Shown here one piece after another: positions 32,127-42,869 of a stretch of DNA of 64,000 bases. The notes below the pieces were generated by a model, which was given only the letters and a program-made list of their open reading frames with translations, had not been told where the DNA came from and did not search any database. The translations under genes and the position numbers were made by a program. The stretch comes from Bdellovibrionales bacterium (GTDB lineage Bacteria; Bdellovibrionota; Bdellovibrionia; Bdellovibrionales; Bdellovibrionaceae), in contig JANMPT010000077.1 of assembly GCA_031370005.1 (NCBI GenBank), forward strand, positions 83,246-147,245, written 5' to 3'. Every line of letters begins with the position of its first letter. Within the stretch, counting starts at the first letter, position 1.

Positions 32127-35100
32127 ATGAAATCTATTAGCAAAGTTCGCCGTAGCAATAGCTTTCCAATAGTAGGCATTGGCGCTTCCGCTGGTGGACT
32201 GGAAGCCTTTATAGAGCTTCTCACAAAAATACCAACTGATACAGGCATGGCCTTTGTTCTAATACAGCATTTAGATCCCAAACATCCCAGTTTGGCCGCC
32301 GAAATTATTTCTCGAGCTATAGCTTTGAAAACTGAAGAGGTTAAGGACGGAACACAGGTTCAACCCAATCATGTCTATGTTATTCCTCCAAACTATATAA
32401 TGGGAATTCTTGACGGCGTTTTAAGTCTATCAGCACGCAGCGAAGCTCCCGGCCAAATGGTCATTGATTTTTTCTTACAGTCACTGGCCCAATCTGAAAA
32501 AAATAAAGCCATTGGCGTCGTCCTTTCGGGAACTGGTACAGACGGAACAAAGGGCCTAACGGCAATTAAAGCTCAGGGTGGGGCCACCTTCGTTGAGGAT
32601 CCAAAATCGGCAAAATATGGAGGAATGCCTCAAAGCGCTATTGACTCTAAGGCCGCAAACTTAATTTTACGACCAGAAGACATCGCTAAAGAACTTGTCA
32701 TAATGGCAACTTATCCTGAACCGGCCCTTCGAAAAATATTTAATTTACTACGAACTAAAACAAAAATCGATTTTTCGGACTACAAAGACGCCACCATCAA
32801 GCGTCGTATCCAACGACGAATGGCAGTGCTACAAACCAAAAGCACAGAAAACTATGCTGAATACCTGCAGACTCATAAAGAAGAGGTCCTTGCTCTTTAC
32901 AATGACCTACTTATAAATGTAACCGATTTTTTTCGTGATCCAGAATCCTTTAAGGCACTCAGAAGCCATGTCTTTCCGTCGATGATAAAAAACAGACCTA
33001 CGGGAATGCCCATTCGCATATGGGTACCTGGGTGCTCAACGGGCGAAGAGGCATATTCAATTGCAATCTCCCTAATTGAGTTTTTGTCCGAAACCGGGAA
33101 ACAATATCCAATTCAGATTTTTGCAACCGATATTAGTGAGCCCGCTATCCAAAAAGCCCGTATAGGTCAATATTCCGAAAAGCAAATTAAAAATCTATCC
33201 GAGGAGCGTCTTAAGTATTTTTTTGATAAAGTCGAACGAGGTTATAAAATCCACAAAATGGTCCGCGACCTCTGTGTGTTTTCAAAACATGATGTAAGCA
33301 ATGACCCACCATTTGCGAGACTAGATCTTATTTCCTGCCGCAATGTTCTGATATATTTTAAGGCGGTCATGCAAAAAAGAATTCTTCAAGCCTTTCACTA
33401 CGCCCTAAATCCTGAAGGCTATATATGGCTTGGTAAATCTGAAAATCCAGGGGAGTCTTCAAAACTATTTAATTTCTTAGACAAGGAAAATAAGATCTAT
33501 TCTAGATCGAACGTACAAAATCCAATTAACTTCAACGTTCCAATCAGACACTCACAAGAATCTCCAGAAGTGCCAAAAAAAGAACAAGTCTTCACTAAGC
33601 ATGCTGTCGACTTTCAGAAAGATGCCGACAAACTTCTTCTGTCCAAATTTGCCCCCCCGGGTGTCATCATTAATGAGGATCTAGAAATTTTGCAGTTTCG
33701 TGGTCGGACCGTTCCATTTCTTGAGCCCCCCACTGGACAACCAAGCCTTAAGCTACTAAAAATGGTCCGTCCCGAATTATTGACAAGTCTTCACGAAGTA
33801 ATCCAATCCGTTAAAAATGAAAACATGCCGGCTATCAAACATGGACTGCGCTTTGAAGCCGACGGCAAGCTTATCACCGTGGACATCGAAGTGCTCCCTA
33901 TCAGTCCGCTAACCACAGTTAAAAATCGCACTTTTTTAATTTTATTTAAAGACACAACAAATAAAGAAAAACAACGTGGAAACAAAAAAAATAAAACCAA
34001 AAAAACTGTGTCAGCTCGGGACATGGACCACCGCGCCGAGCGGATTCGTGAACTCGAAAAAGAACTTTTGGAAATCAAAAATTATCAGCAATCCATTGTA
34101 GAGCAATATGAAACCGCTCAGGAAGAGCTCACCTCGACTACTGAGGAATTGCAAAGCACTAATGAGGAGCTCCTCAGCACCAATGAAGAGATTGAGACGA
34201 CTAAGGAAGAGCTTCAAGCCACTAATGAGGAGCTTGTAACAGTCAACGATGAATTACAGGCACGGAATACTGATCTTACTGTTCTTAGCGGCGATCTGAG
34301 TAATATATTGTCCAGTATAGAAATGCCAATCTTGATATTGGGGGGCAACCATCGTGTTCGTCGGTATTCGCCTGAAACTAAAAATGCATTCAACCTAATT
34401 CCCGCAGACATTGGCCGTTCAATCAGTGATATCAAACCAGATTTCAATTTGGATTTAGACAATTTAATGTCAGAGGTTGTCGCGAAGTTGAGTCCAAAAG
34501 AAATAGAGGTTCAAGATACCAATGGAGTTTGGTCCCGAGTCCAAATTCGGCCTTATCGAACAGTTGATAATAAAATTGATGGCACAATTATTACATTGAC
34601 TAACATCGATGCGCTTAAGCAAAAGGAAATAAGAACAACTGAAACTCTTGACTACATCACCTCAGTCGCCGAGACCGTGCCCCTTCCCCTTGCCGTCGTA
34701 AACCATTTATTGCAATTCCAGTCCGCCAATGACTCTTTTTACAAATATTTTCAGGTATCCGACAAACCAATTGGCAAAGATATTCTTACAATTCTAGAAG
34801 TGTGCGAACCCTATTTACAAAGTTTGCGTGAATCGCTTCCGGAAACCATGAAAGAAAATAAACCATTTACTGATTTTGAAATAGAATGTGAGGTCCCACA
34901 GCTTGGCACTCGTAAAATTCTTCTCTCCGGGGGAAAAATTCGCTGGATAGGGGCTGAGAGAGCGGCTTTCCTTTTCAGTTTTGTGGATGTCACGGAGCAA
35001 AGGCAGCTCGAAGTGGAGCGGAAGCTCTTACTTAAAAAAGAGCAAGAAGCACGCCATGAAGCAGAAAATGCGAATCGAACGAAAGATATATTTCTAGCAA

Positions 35101-36233
35101 CACTTTCACACGAACTCAGAACCCCACTTTCCTCAATCCTTACCTGGGCGCAACTCATTTCCCATGGAAAAGTCGACTTTGAAAAAGCCAAGCAAGGAGC
35201 AGCCGTCATTGAGCACAGTGCAAAAACTCAAAGTCAGCTCATTGATGACCTTCTTGATATTTCCCGAATCACTGCTGGTAAGCTCTCCCTAGATATAAAG
35301 CCAGTGGATCCTAGAGCAATCATTCATTTAGCAATTGAGTCTGTTCGTCCAATAGCTGAAAAAAGATCCATTCAGATTGAGTCCAATCTTTGCTCTGAAA
35401 CAATGATAATCAATGCAGATCCGGTGCGATTACAACAAATCATTTGGAACCTGCTCACCAATGCCATCAAGTTTTCTCCAAAAGAGAGCAGCATCAACAT
35501 ACAGCTCAGATATATTGAAGAACACGCTCAGCGTTTTGCGCAGATAAAAGTATCTGACCGTGGAAAAGGCATTCCTCCGGAGTTTCTTCCGCAAATATTT
35601 AATCAATTTAGCCAGGCTGATAGCGCATCAACTCGATTGCATGGAGGTCTCGGCCTTGGACTTTCCATTGTGCACAATCTCGTGCAGCTCCAAAATGGAC
35701 GTGTCAGTGCAGAAAATGCCCTTGAGGGAACAGGGGCAATCTTCACTGTAAGCTTCCCGGTTTCTTCATTGCCCAAAGCTGCAATTATTCATACTGAGAT
35801 TGAGAGCAAGAATGCAAACTTTGAAAATACATACAACAAAACAATAAGCCCACCGAAGCTCGACGACTTACGCATCCTCCTTGTTGATGATGATGAAGGC
35901 ACACGCGAAGCTATTACTATTTATCTTAAGTCCTTAGGTGCTGAAGTTATGACTGTCGCCTCAGCCCGGGAAGCTTTTGAAAAAATCTCAGGCTTTAAAC
36001 CAAATATTTTAGTCAGTGACATCGCCATGCCCGGTGAGGATGGCTATAGCTTAATAAAAAAAATCAGAACCTTAAGCCGTGACCAAGGAGGAGATACCCC
36101 CGCCTTGGCCCTCACCGCCTATGCAACTGCCGAAGATGCCAAACGTGCACTCAATGCGGGCTTTCAAGCACATATGGCCAAACCAGTTGAGGCAAATGAA
36201 CTGGGCAGAATCATCTTAAAATTTTCTAAATGA
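32127..36233 (+). CDS. CheB-CheR-PAS-histidine kinase-REC fusion
   Basis: GASAGG (CheB), INVTDFFRD/GCSTGEE/ISCRNVLIY (CheR), coiled coil, SHELRTP, C-terminal REC. Confidence 0.92.
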   Translation: MKSISKVRRSNSFPIVGIGASAGGLEAFIELLTKIPTDTGMAFVLIQHLDPKHPSLAAEIISRAIALKTEEVKDGTQVQPNHVYVIPPNYIMGILDGVLSLSARSEAPGQMVIDFFLQSLAQSEKNKAIGVVLSGTGTDGTKGLTAIKAQGGATFVEDPKSAKYGGMPQSAIDSKAANLILRPEDIAKELVIMATYPEPALRKIFNLLRTKTKIDFSDYKDATIKRRIQRRMAVLQTKSTENYAEYLQTHKEEVLALYNDLLINVTDFFRDPESFKALRSHVFPSMIKNRPTGMPIRIWVPGCSTGEEAYSIAISLIEFLSETGKQYPIQIFATDISEPAIQKARIGQYSEKQIKNLSEERLKYFFDKVERGYKIHKMVRDLCVFSKHDVSNDPPFARLDLISCRNVLIYFKAVMQKRILQAFHYALNPEGYIWLGKSENPGESSKLFNFLDKENKIYSRSNVQNPINFNVPIRHSQESPEVPKKEQVFTKHAVDFQKDADKLLLSKFAPPGVIINEDLEILQFRGRTVPFLEPPTGQPSLKLLKMVRPELLTSLHEVIQSVKNENMPAIKHGLRFEADGKLITVDIEVLPISPLTTVKNRTFLILFKDTTNKEKQRGNKKNKTKKTVSARDMDHRAERIRELEKELLEIKNYQQSIVEQYETAQEELTSTTEELQSTNEELLSTNEEIETTKEELQATNEELVTVNDELQARNTDLTVLSGDLSNILSSIEMPILILGGNHRVRRYSPETKNAFNLIPADIGRSISDIKPDFNLDLDNLMSEVVAKLSPKEIEVQDTNGVWSRVQIRPYRTVDNKIDGTIITLTNIDALKQKEIRTTETLDYITSVAETVPLPLAVVNHLLQFQSANDSFYKYFQVSDKPIGKDILTILEVCEPYLQSLRESLPETMKENKPFTDFEIECEVPQLGTRKILLSGGKIRWIGAERAAFLFSFVDVTEQRQLEVERKLLLKKEQEARHEAENANRTKDIFLATLSHELRTPLSSILTWAQLISHGKVDFEKAKQGAAVIEHSAKTQSQLIDDLLDISRITAGKLSLDIKPVDPRAIIHLAIESVRPIAEKRSIQIESNLCSETMIINADPVRLQQIIWNLLTNAIKFSPKESSINIQLRYIEEHAQRFAQIKVSDRGKGIPPEFLPQIFNQFSQADSASTRLHGGLGLGLSIVHNLVQLQNGRVSAENALEGTGAIFTVSFPVSSLPKAAIIHTEIESKNANFENTYNKTISPPKLDDLRILLVDDDEGTREAITIYLKSLGAEVMTVASAREAFEKISGFKPNILVSDIAMPGEDGYSLIKKIRTLSRDQGGDTPALALTAYATAEDAKRALNAGFQAHMAKPVEANELGRIILKFSK

Positions 36234-36332
36234 ACAAGAAAAAAAGTTAAATCACCACCGTGAGATACTCGTGCTTCTTGCAAGTCTTGCAAAATCAACA
36301 TTGATGTGATACTGCATACACTGTTTTTTTGA

Positions 36333-39300
36333 ATGAGGGGGAAGATGAGTCGACTCAACTTTGGTATTCTAAAGACCGTTCTAAAGTACCCTAAGGAAGT
36401 TTTTACATACACACTTTCTATCTTTTTCACTGCGGGCTGCACGGTCTCAGCTCCCTCTCATAACGAATTCTCGAAATTTGGCTTTATGGAGGGGATCTAC
36501 GCCACTCGGCCACAAACCACCAATCCCTTGATCACTACTCTTAAGTTAAAAAATCCGGCTTTGCTTGAAACCGCAGAAAGACAAAATGGAGTTCTCTCTA
36601 TCGATAAAGAGCTCGCCCAAGCTATTCAAAATGAGCAAATGGCAACTATCATTGAATTGCAAAAAATTTCTCCGGAAATCAAAGTGCTTATACGTTTTAG
36701 ATTAGTGCTTAACGCCCTAACAATCTTGGCACCTGCGGAGGCAATGGATAAAATCAAAACACTTACGAATGTTATTGCATCAGAAAAATCCGGGAACTTC
36801 GCTAGCCCTCAGCCGCTCTTCTCTGCTGAAGGACAAGCAGCTGTTGTTAAAACCAATTTTGCAGCAAATACCTCTGTAAAGTTTATCGGCACTGAGGCTG
36901 CATATGCACAAAATATTCATGGCGAGGGCATGAGAGTCGGCATCATCGACACTGGGATTGATTATACACATAAAATATTTTTAGGTGAAGGTACGAAGCT
37001 TGCCTACCAAAACAATAAGCCTGCCCTGCCGAATGCAGGCTTCCCCAACCAGAAAGTCGTCGGCGGCATTGATCTTGTTGGAACAGAATATGACACGAAC
37101 TCACCGAACTTTGCCAAGCACATCCCCGTTCCTGATTTAAACCCGCTTGATGAGGCCGGACACGGTACTCATGTTGCTGGCACTGTGGCCGGTATTGGCG
37201 ATAATATAAACACATATAGTGGCGTAGCTCCTGGTGCTGAACTCTATGCAATTAAAGTTTTCGGAGCTAGAGGCTCTACCAGTGATGAGGTTGTAATCGC
37301 TGCCCTTGAATATGCCGCTGACCCTAGCGCAGACCTGAGCTTTAAAGAGCAATTGGATGTTGTGAACCTTTCTTTGGGAAGCGGTTATGGCAGCTCTCAC
37401 ACAATGTATAACCAGGCCGTGAGAAACTTATCTCGCAGTGGCACCGTCGTAGTGGCTTCTGCCGGCAACTCTGGCAATAAAAGTTATATCACGGGAGCCC
37501 CCGCAGTGATAGATGAGGCCATCTCCGTGGCTTCTAGCATTGATAACATGAATCAAAATATCCTTTTCGCAACGGCGCAGTTTAGCTTTGTAAACAGTGT
37601 GGACAGTGCGAATGAGGTTTTGAACGCCGAAATAGTTGAGGGACTTGTTACAAAGCCATTAATAGAAGTCACCACGCTGAAGGCTAAAGTCATCGCTCTT
37701 GGCTTTGCTGACACTGACTTTGAGCAAGCCCTCAAAGATCAAATCAAAGGCAATGTGGCTTTGATTGATCGGGGCATAGTGGGTTTCTCAGATAAGATTA
37801 AAAGAGCCCAAGAAGCCGGAGCAATCGGCGTCATAGTTATCAACAATGTAGATGGTGACCCCATCGCCATGGGCGGAGAAGGTAAATTCGATATCCCAGC
37901 AGTCATGATCACTCAGTCGGCCGGGGCCACACTTAAAATCAAATTAGCGGCAGGCCTCGTCTTCGTTGATATGAAATCCGCTGCTATGATGGAAAAGCCA
38001 TGGTTGATCGACACGATCTCCGAGTTCTCCTCCCGGGGCCCCCGTTCTGAAGATGGCATGATCAAGCCTGAAATCACTGCTCCAGGCTCTAATATTATTT
38101 CAGCGGCATTTGGCAGCGGCGAGAAAAGCATTTCAATGTCTGGTACTTCGATGTCCAGTCCGCACATTGCTGGAGCGATGGCCCTTTTAAAACAAAAACA
38201 CAGGGAGCTCTCGACCCAAGAGTTGAAATCCCTCCTTATGGGTCATGGCAAAGTGATTTCTGATACAGATAGGAAAGCATACTCAGTCAGCCGCCAAGGA
38301 GCTGGGCGTGTACAAATTGCGAGTTCTATCGATGCTAAACTCGTCAGCCTTCCGGCAAGTCTTTCCTTTGGAATCGTGGATATAGAAAATCAAAAAACTA
38401 TCAGTAAAGATATCACTTTGAAAAACATCAGCAAAGAAAGCCTCTCTCTAAAACCAGAGTGGAATGGCACTGCGGAATTGATATTTTCTGCAAATAGCCT
38501 AACTTTAGCTCCAGGCGAATCAAAAACTATTTCAGTGACCATGAAAGTCCTTGCCTCCGAAATAAAAAGTACCAATGACGAATTGGATGGCTTTGTAAAG
38601 TTCAATATAGATGACGAAAATGCAGACAATGAAGCTGCGATACAAATTCCGGTGCTAATCATTGCCCGCCAGATATCTCAAATTAGCGCAAAGTCCTTAC
38701 TCATACATACAAATAACATGGCTGAGATCACAATCCAAAATACAGGGCTCAACAAAGGTGCAGCTTACCTGTTTAATCTATTGGGCAATGATGCTGCCAA
38801 AAAACCAAGTCTGCCAGATGCACTGGCAAGCAATCGTAATTGCGATATGCAATCTGCTGGCTATCGTATTATTGAAAAAGACGGCAGTCATATCTTACAA
38901 GTGGCTGTAAAACTCTATGAGCCCATGACCACTTGGAACACCTGTGAAGTGAATGTTCAAATCGATAACAACAACGATCATCAAGTTGATCAAGAAATTG
39001 TCGGCGCACCAATGTCACGTCTTCCAGGATTAGCTGGGGATACTTTCGTAAGCTTGCTTTTAAACGCCAATAAGGCACGCGAAATACGCCGCCAGTTTGA
39101 AGTTGATATTACCGGTAAGGCGAAAGATGTTAAAGAGGACTATACGAAGGCGATACTTGATCAAAGAACAATGCAAGTTGTTGACGGGTCCACTTTAGCA
39201 ATCATTGAAGCGAATATTTCCCAGCTGACCATGACAAGTACGAACGAGTTGAATATAAAAATTTCCGCCACCCACCAAGACGCTGGCATTATCGAGTATG

Positions 39301-39530
39301 ATGATTACTTGGGAAAACAAGAAACTCTATGGCAAAAAATTTCGATAAATGCCATGGCTCAATCCTTTATTCAGTTACCAGAGCTTGTTGTGCTCAACGG
39401 CCAAGAGACTCAAACAATTCGTTTCCAAAAAGGCGATGGCACTGATAACTTAATTTTGTATGCCCCACAAAACAAAACGGCAACGGACTGTTTAATTTTT
39501 GAGCCAGACTTCGAGTCTTCAAAAAAATGA
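36333..39530 (+). CDS. S8 subtilisin-like serine peptidase with PA domain
   Basis: IDTGID, HGTHVAG and GTSMSSP triad motifs plus PA insert; start uncertain. Confidence 0.9.
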   Translation: MRGKMSRLNFGILKTVLKYPKEVFTYTLSIFFTAGCTVSAPSHNEFSKFGFMEGIYATRPQTTNPLITTLKLKNPALLETAERQNGVLSIDKELAQAIQNEQMATIIELQKISPEIKVLIRFRLVLNALTILAPAEAMDKIKTLTNVIASEKSGNFASPQPLFSAEGQAAVVKTNFAANTSVKFIGTEAAYAQNIHGEGMRVGIIDTGIDYTHKIFLGEGTKLAYQNNKPALPNAGFPNQKVVGGIDLVGTEYDTNSPNFAKHIPVPDLNPLDEAGHGTHVAGTVAGIGDNINTYSGVAPGAELYAIKVFGARGSTSDEVVIAALEYAADPSADLSFKEQLDVVNLSLGSGYGSSHTMYNQAVRNLSRSGTVVVASAGNSGNKSYITGAPAVIDEAISVASSIDNMNQNILFATAQFSFVNSVDSANEVLNAEIVEGLVTKPLIEVTTLKAKVIALGFADTDFEQALKDQIKGNVALIDRGIVGFSDKIKRAQEAGAIGVIVINNVDGDPIAMGGEGKFDIPAVMITQSAGATLKIKLAAGLVFVDMKSAAMMEKPWLIDTISEFSSRGPRSEDGMIKPEITAPGSNIISAAFGSGEKSISMSGTSMSSPHIAGAMALLKQKHRELSTQELKSLLMGHGKVISDTDRKAYSVSRQGAGRVQIASSIDAKLVSLPASLSFGIVDIENQKTISKDITLKNISKESLSLKPEWNGTAELIFSANSLTLAPGESKTISVTMKVLASEIKSTNDELDGFVKFNIDDENADNEAAIQIPVLIIARQISQISAKSLLIHTNNMAEITIQNTGLNKGAAYLFNLLGNDAAKKPSLPDALASNRNCDMQSAGYRIIEKDGSHILQVAVKLYEPMTTWNTCEVNVQIDNNNDHQVDQEIVGAPMSRLPGLAGDTFVSLLLNANKAREIRRQFEVDITGKAKDVKEDYTKAILDQRTMQVVDGSTLAIIEANISQLTMTSTNELNIKISATHQDAGIIEYDDYLGKQETLWQKISINAMAQSFIQLPELVVLNGQETQTIRFQKGDGTDNLILYAPQNKTATDCLIFEPDFESSKK

Positions 39531-40591
39531 ACATCCAAAAAACTCTTGCAACCTCACTGAAGCCCCTTCCGCCCTCTGATAAATTGGGTTTTGGCCAATT
39601 TTTTACTGACCATATGTTTGTGGCAAAGTTTCGCCAAGGTCAGGGCTGGTATGAGGCAAAAATTCAACCTTATGGGCCACTAAATCTGGATCCTGCCGCT
39701 TCGGTTTTCCACTACGGCCAAGCTTTGTTTGAGGGAATGAAAGCCTTCCGCCAAAGTGATGAAAAAATTGTATTCTTCCGTCCAGAGTTCAATCATAAAC
39801 GCTTGGTGGATGGAGCAGAACGCCTTTGCCTCGAAGCTCCACCTAAAGAACTTTTCATGCAAGCTATCCAGGAGCTTGTGTCTGTGGACGAAAGATGGAT
39901 CCCAAACGCGACAAATACGTCTTTGTATATTCGCCCGACTTTGATTGGAACTGAAGCCTTCCTCGGCGTACGACCTTCCCACGAGACCACTTTCTTTATA
40001 TTACTTTCTCCCGTAGGTTCATATTATAGTGAGGGAACTCAGCCGATTAAAATTTGGACTGAGGAAAAATATCTGCGTGCAGCTCCTGGAGGCTTGGGCG
40101 CGGTGAAGGCCGGCGCGAACTATGCCTCTAGCCTTAAAGCGGCATATGAAAGCAAAGAGAAAGGTTATTCCCAAGTTTTATGGCTCGATGTAGACCACGA
40201 GGGTATTGAAGAAGTCGGCACCATGAATGTATTCTTTGTCTTTGATAATGAGATTGTGACGCCGGCTCTGAATGGCAGCATTTTGTCAGGTGGAACTCGC
40301 GATGCAATCATTCATATTTTAAAATCAAAAAAACTTCCCATTGTTGAACGACGAGTCACCATCACAGAGGTCATCGACAAACTTCAAGCCGGAAAACTGC
40401 GCGAAGCATTTGGAACAGGAACTGCAGCAGTGATTTCACCGATTGGTGTACTATCATACAAAAACAAAGAGTGGATCATCAATAATAACGAAAATGGACC
40501 TTTAAGCCTGGAACTCTATAATCAAATCAATTCCATTCAACGTGGAACATCTCCAGATCCATTTCATTGGATTCTGCCGCTTAAAAAATGA
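39527..40591 (+). CDS. ilvE: Branched-chain amino acid aminotransferase
   Basis: HYGQALFEGMKA, LYIRP, KAGANY, EEVGTMN, GTGTAA. Confidence 0.93.
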   Translation: MNIQKTLATSLKPLPPSDKLGFGQFFTDHMFVAKFRQGQGWYEAKIQPYGPLNLDPAASVFHYGQALFEGMKAFRQSDEKIVFFRPEFNHKRLVDGAERLCLEAPPKELFMQAIQELVSVDERWIPNATNTSLYIRPTLIGTEAFLGVRPSHETTFFILLSPVGSYYSEGTQPIKIWTEEKYLRAAPGGLGAVKAGANYASSLKAAYESKEKGYSQVLWLDVDHEGIEEVGTMNVFFVFDNEIVTPALNGSILSGGTRDAIIHILKSKKLPIVERRVTITEVIDKLQAGKLREAFGTGTAAVISPIGVLSYKNKEWIINNNENGPLSLELYNQINSIQRGTSPDPFHWILPLKK

Positions 40592-42147
40592 CGTAACCAT
40601 CTGATCAAAACCCTGGCCTCATCCACCTTGAGAGCTAAATTCATCACAACATAGGACAAGACTCCTAATAAAATAGTAGCAGTCAGAACCAGACTTTTAA
40701 TTATAGGTTTTTCACCAAAAAAAGCCAGTGACGGAGAATAAATTTGTACAACTAAAACCATCACAAGGCCTGATATTATAAATTTCCAAGCCTGTTTTAC
40801 TAGAATGGAATAATCAAAAAAGCCTACCCACTTTGGATAAAGGCTTAACAGCAAAGCAATATTCAATGTGGCGCTAATGAAAGAAGATAGAACCAAGCCC
40901 TCAAGCCCCAAATTTTTCATAAGTAAAGGGGCTAAGCCTACGTGGGTCATCAACGATAGGATCGAAGCAATGGCGGGGAGCCAGGTGTTTTTAGCCGCAT
41001 AGTAGGCCGGAACGAGGACCCGCGCACAACTTGTAGAAATCAAAAGTCCGGAGTAAATTCTTAAAATCGAAGCCGTCGCCTCGACATCCTCATTAGTGAA
41101 TCTGCCATGCAAAAAGAGAACTTCTATAATCGGCCCAGCTAAGAAATATAAACCAAATGCCGCCGGAATGGTGACAAAAAGATTCAACCGCAAATAAGAG
41201 TTTAGTGTCTCTGACATTTGCTCCCGGTGCCCGTGACTCCAAAGCATGGACAAAATTGGCAACAAGGCTGTCCCCAGGCTAACTGAAATTAATGAAAGCG
41301 GTAGCTCCAACAGGCGATCCGCCCAGTAAATATAGGAAATTGCACCTACAGCAAGGCCACTGGCATATTTTAAATTCACAATGGATGTAAATTGCAAAAG
41401 GCCCATCCCGAGAAGCCCCGGTAACATATTGCGAAGCACCCGGCGAATATCTTCATTCAATCCACGCCACACAAAACGCGGCATTGCCCCAAGTTTGATC
41501 AAGGCAGGAACCAGAATGCCCACCTGTAAGACCCCACCCACTAAGACACCCCAAGCAAGGCCATCTCCTTCAGCAGGAAAATAAAGACCTGGAATCAGAG
41601 TTGAGGTTATCATGGATAGGTTAAAAAGTGTCGGGGCCATAGCCGACAAAGCAAATTTCCCTAGGGCGTTTAAAATCCCCATAAAGTAGGCATAGGTCGA
41701 GATAAAAAAGATAAAGCCAAACATGATCCGAGCCATGCGAACTGTGATTGCAAATCGCTCAGGCCCATAATCAGCGTCCAAAAGGAGCCTCATAATCGGA
41801 TCGACAAAAAGAACTCCCAAACCCGTTATAGTTGCTAAAAAAACCAATAGAAGAGTATAAAAACCATTTGCCAAGTTCTGAGCCCGCTCTTGAGAGTCTA
41901 TTCGCGCCTCTACAAAGACGGGAATAAAACTCCCTGCCAGAGACCCCTCGCTAAGTAACCTCCTGAAAAGATTGGGAAGTCGAAAGGCAGCCGTCCATGC
42001 GTCAGTAATTGTGGGGCTGAAGAGTGCAGCAAGTGCCATATCACGCAATAGCCCCAAAATTCGGCTTGAAAAAGTACCCAAGGCCATGCTTAAAGCATGA
42101 CGAGCCACTTTTTTCGATACTTCTTTGCTTGAAACAGCGGAAGCCAT
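40564..42147 (-). CDS. murJ: Lipid II flippase MurJ (MviN)
   Basis: SRILGLLRD, AFRLPNLFRRLLSEG, ADRLLELP. Confidence 0.95.
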   Translation of the reverse strand: MASAVSSKEVSKKVARHALSMALGTFSSRILGLLRDMALAALFSPTITDAWTAAFRLPNLFRRLLSEGSLAGSFIPVFVEARIDSQERAQNLANGFYTLLLVFLATITGLGVLFVDPIMRLLLDADYGPERFAITVRMARIMFGFIFFISTYAYFMGILNALGKFALSAMAPTLFNLSMITSTLIPGLYFPAEGDGLAWGVLVGGVLQVGILVPALIKLGAMPRFVWRGLNEDIRRVLRNMLPGLLGMGLLQFTSIVNLKYASGLAVGAISYIYWADRLLELPLSLISVSLGTALLPILSMLWSHGHREQMSETLNSYLRLNLFVTIPAAFGLYFLAGPIIEVLFLHGRFTNEDVEATASILRIYSGLLISTSCARVLVPAYYAAKNTWLPAIASILSLMTHVGLAPLLMKNLGLEGLVLSSFISATLNIALLLSLYPKWVGFFDYSILVKQAWKFIISGLVMVLVVQIYSPSLAFFGEKPIIKSLVLTATILLGVLSYVVMNLALKVDEARVLIRWLRHFLSGRIQ

Positions 42148-42195
42148 GTGTTATCACCTGTGTTCGTTTAAAAAGCTTAGTGTGGAGGTTATCCC

Positions 42196-42465
42196 TTGGC
42201 AAATCATAAGTCTGCAGCAAAAAGAGCCCGTCAAACAACTCGTAGAACGGCTGTTAACAGCAAACGTAAGGGCACTGTTCGTACAGAAGAAAAAAAACTC
42301 GTTAAGGCACTAGATGCAAAAAACATCAAAGAGCTTCCAAGCTTGTTGAGCGCTTTAACTAGTAAATTGACTCGCGCTGCTCAAAAGGGTGTTTTCGGAA
42401 AAAACACAGCTTCACGTAAAATCGGCCGTCTCTCTGCCCGCGTTCAAGCCCTCATGTCGAAGTAA
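42196..42465 (+). CDS. rpsT: 30S ribosomal protein S20
   Basis: ANHKSAAKRARQ...KNTASRK; GGAGG RBS, TTG start. Confidence 0.95.
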   Translation: MANHKSAAKRARQTTRRTAVNSKRKGTVRTEEKKLVKALDAKNIKELPSLLSALTSKLTRAAQKGVFGKNTASRKIGRLSARVQALMSK

Positions 42466-42481
42466 TAGTTTTTATTTAGTT

Positions 42482-42865
42482 TTATATTTTTAACGATATA
42501 GTCCGAGCTGATACAAAGGCTCGGATTTGTCGTTTAAAGGTCAATGGAACCTCTCCAAAAGAAATCCCATGAACGACCACACCCTGTTTGGCGTTCACAG
42601 ACTTAACTAGTCCGCGCAAAGTCACAAAGGTCCCCTTCGGAATTTGGAAACACAAAACAAGCTCACGCCCCTCAGTTAAGGCATAATCGCTGAGAATGGA
42701 CATCCCGCCTTCGCCAATTTCGCCTGAGTTGCAAATAAAATATTTTCCGCCGAAAAGCACGCCCACCTTTTTTTCTAGTGTTCGTCGTGGAAATCTTCGT
42801 CGGAAACCGCCCTTGTCATCAAAGCCTGTCATACTGGACGTATCGGCTTTTTGATCTGAAAACAT
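42482..42865 (-). CDS. PilZ domain protein
   Basis: RRRFPR and EIGEGG (variant of D/NxSxxG). Confidence 0.75.
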   Translation of the reverse strand: MFSDQKADTSSMTGFDDKGGFRRRFPRRTLEKKVGVLFGGKYFICNSGEIGEGGMSILSDYALTEGRELVLCFQIPKGTFVTLRGLVKSVNAKQGVVVHGISFGEVPLTFKRQIRAFVSARTISLKI

Positions 42866-42869
42866 AAGC

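Noticed and set aside
34110..34260. Repetitive GAGGAG/ACTAATGAG pattern in the cheBR fusion
   Set aside because: Ordinary EELQSTNEE coiled-coil heptads of CheB/CheR fusions
40564..40591. 28-bp convergent overlap of ilvE and murJ
   Set aside because: Short 3' overlaps are common and no further signal was seen
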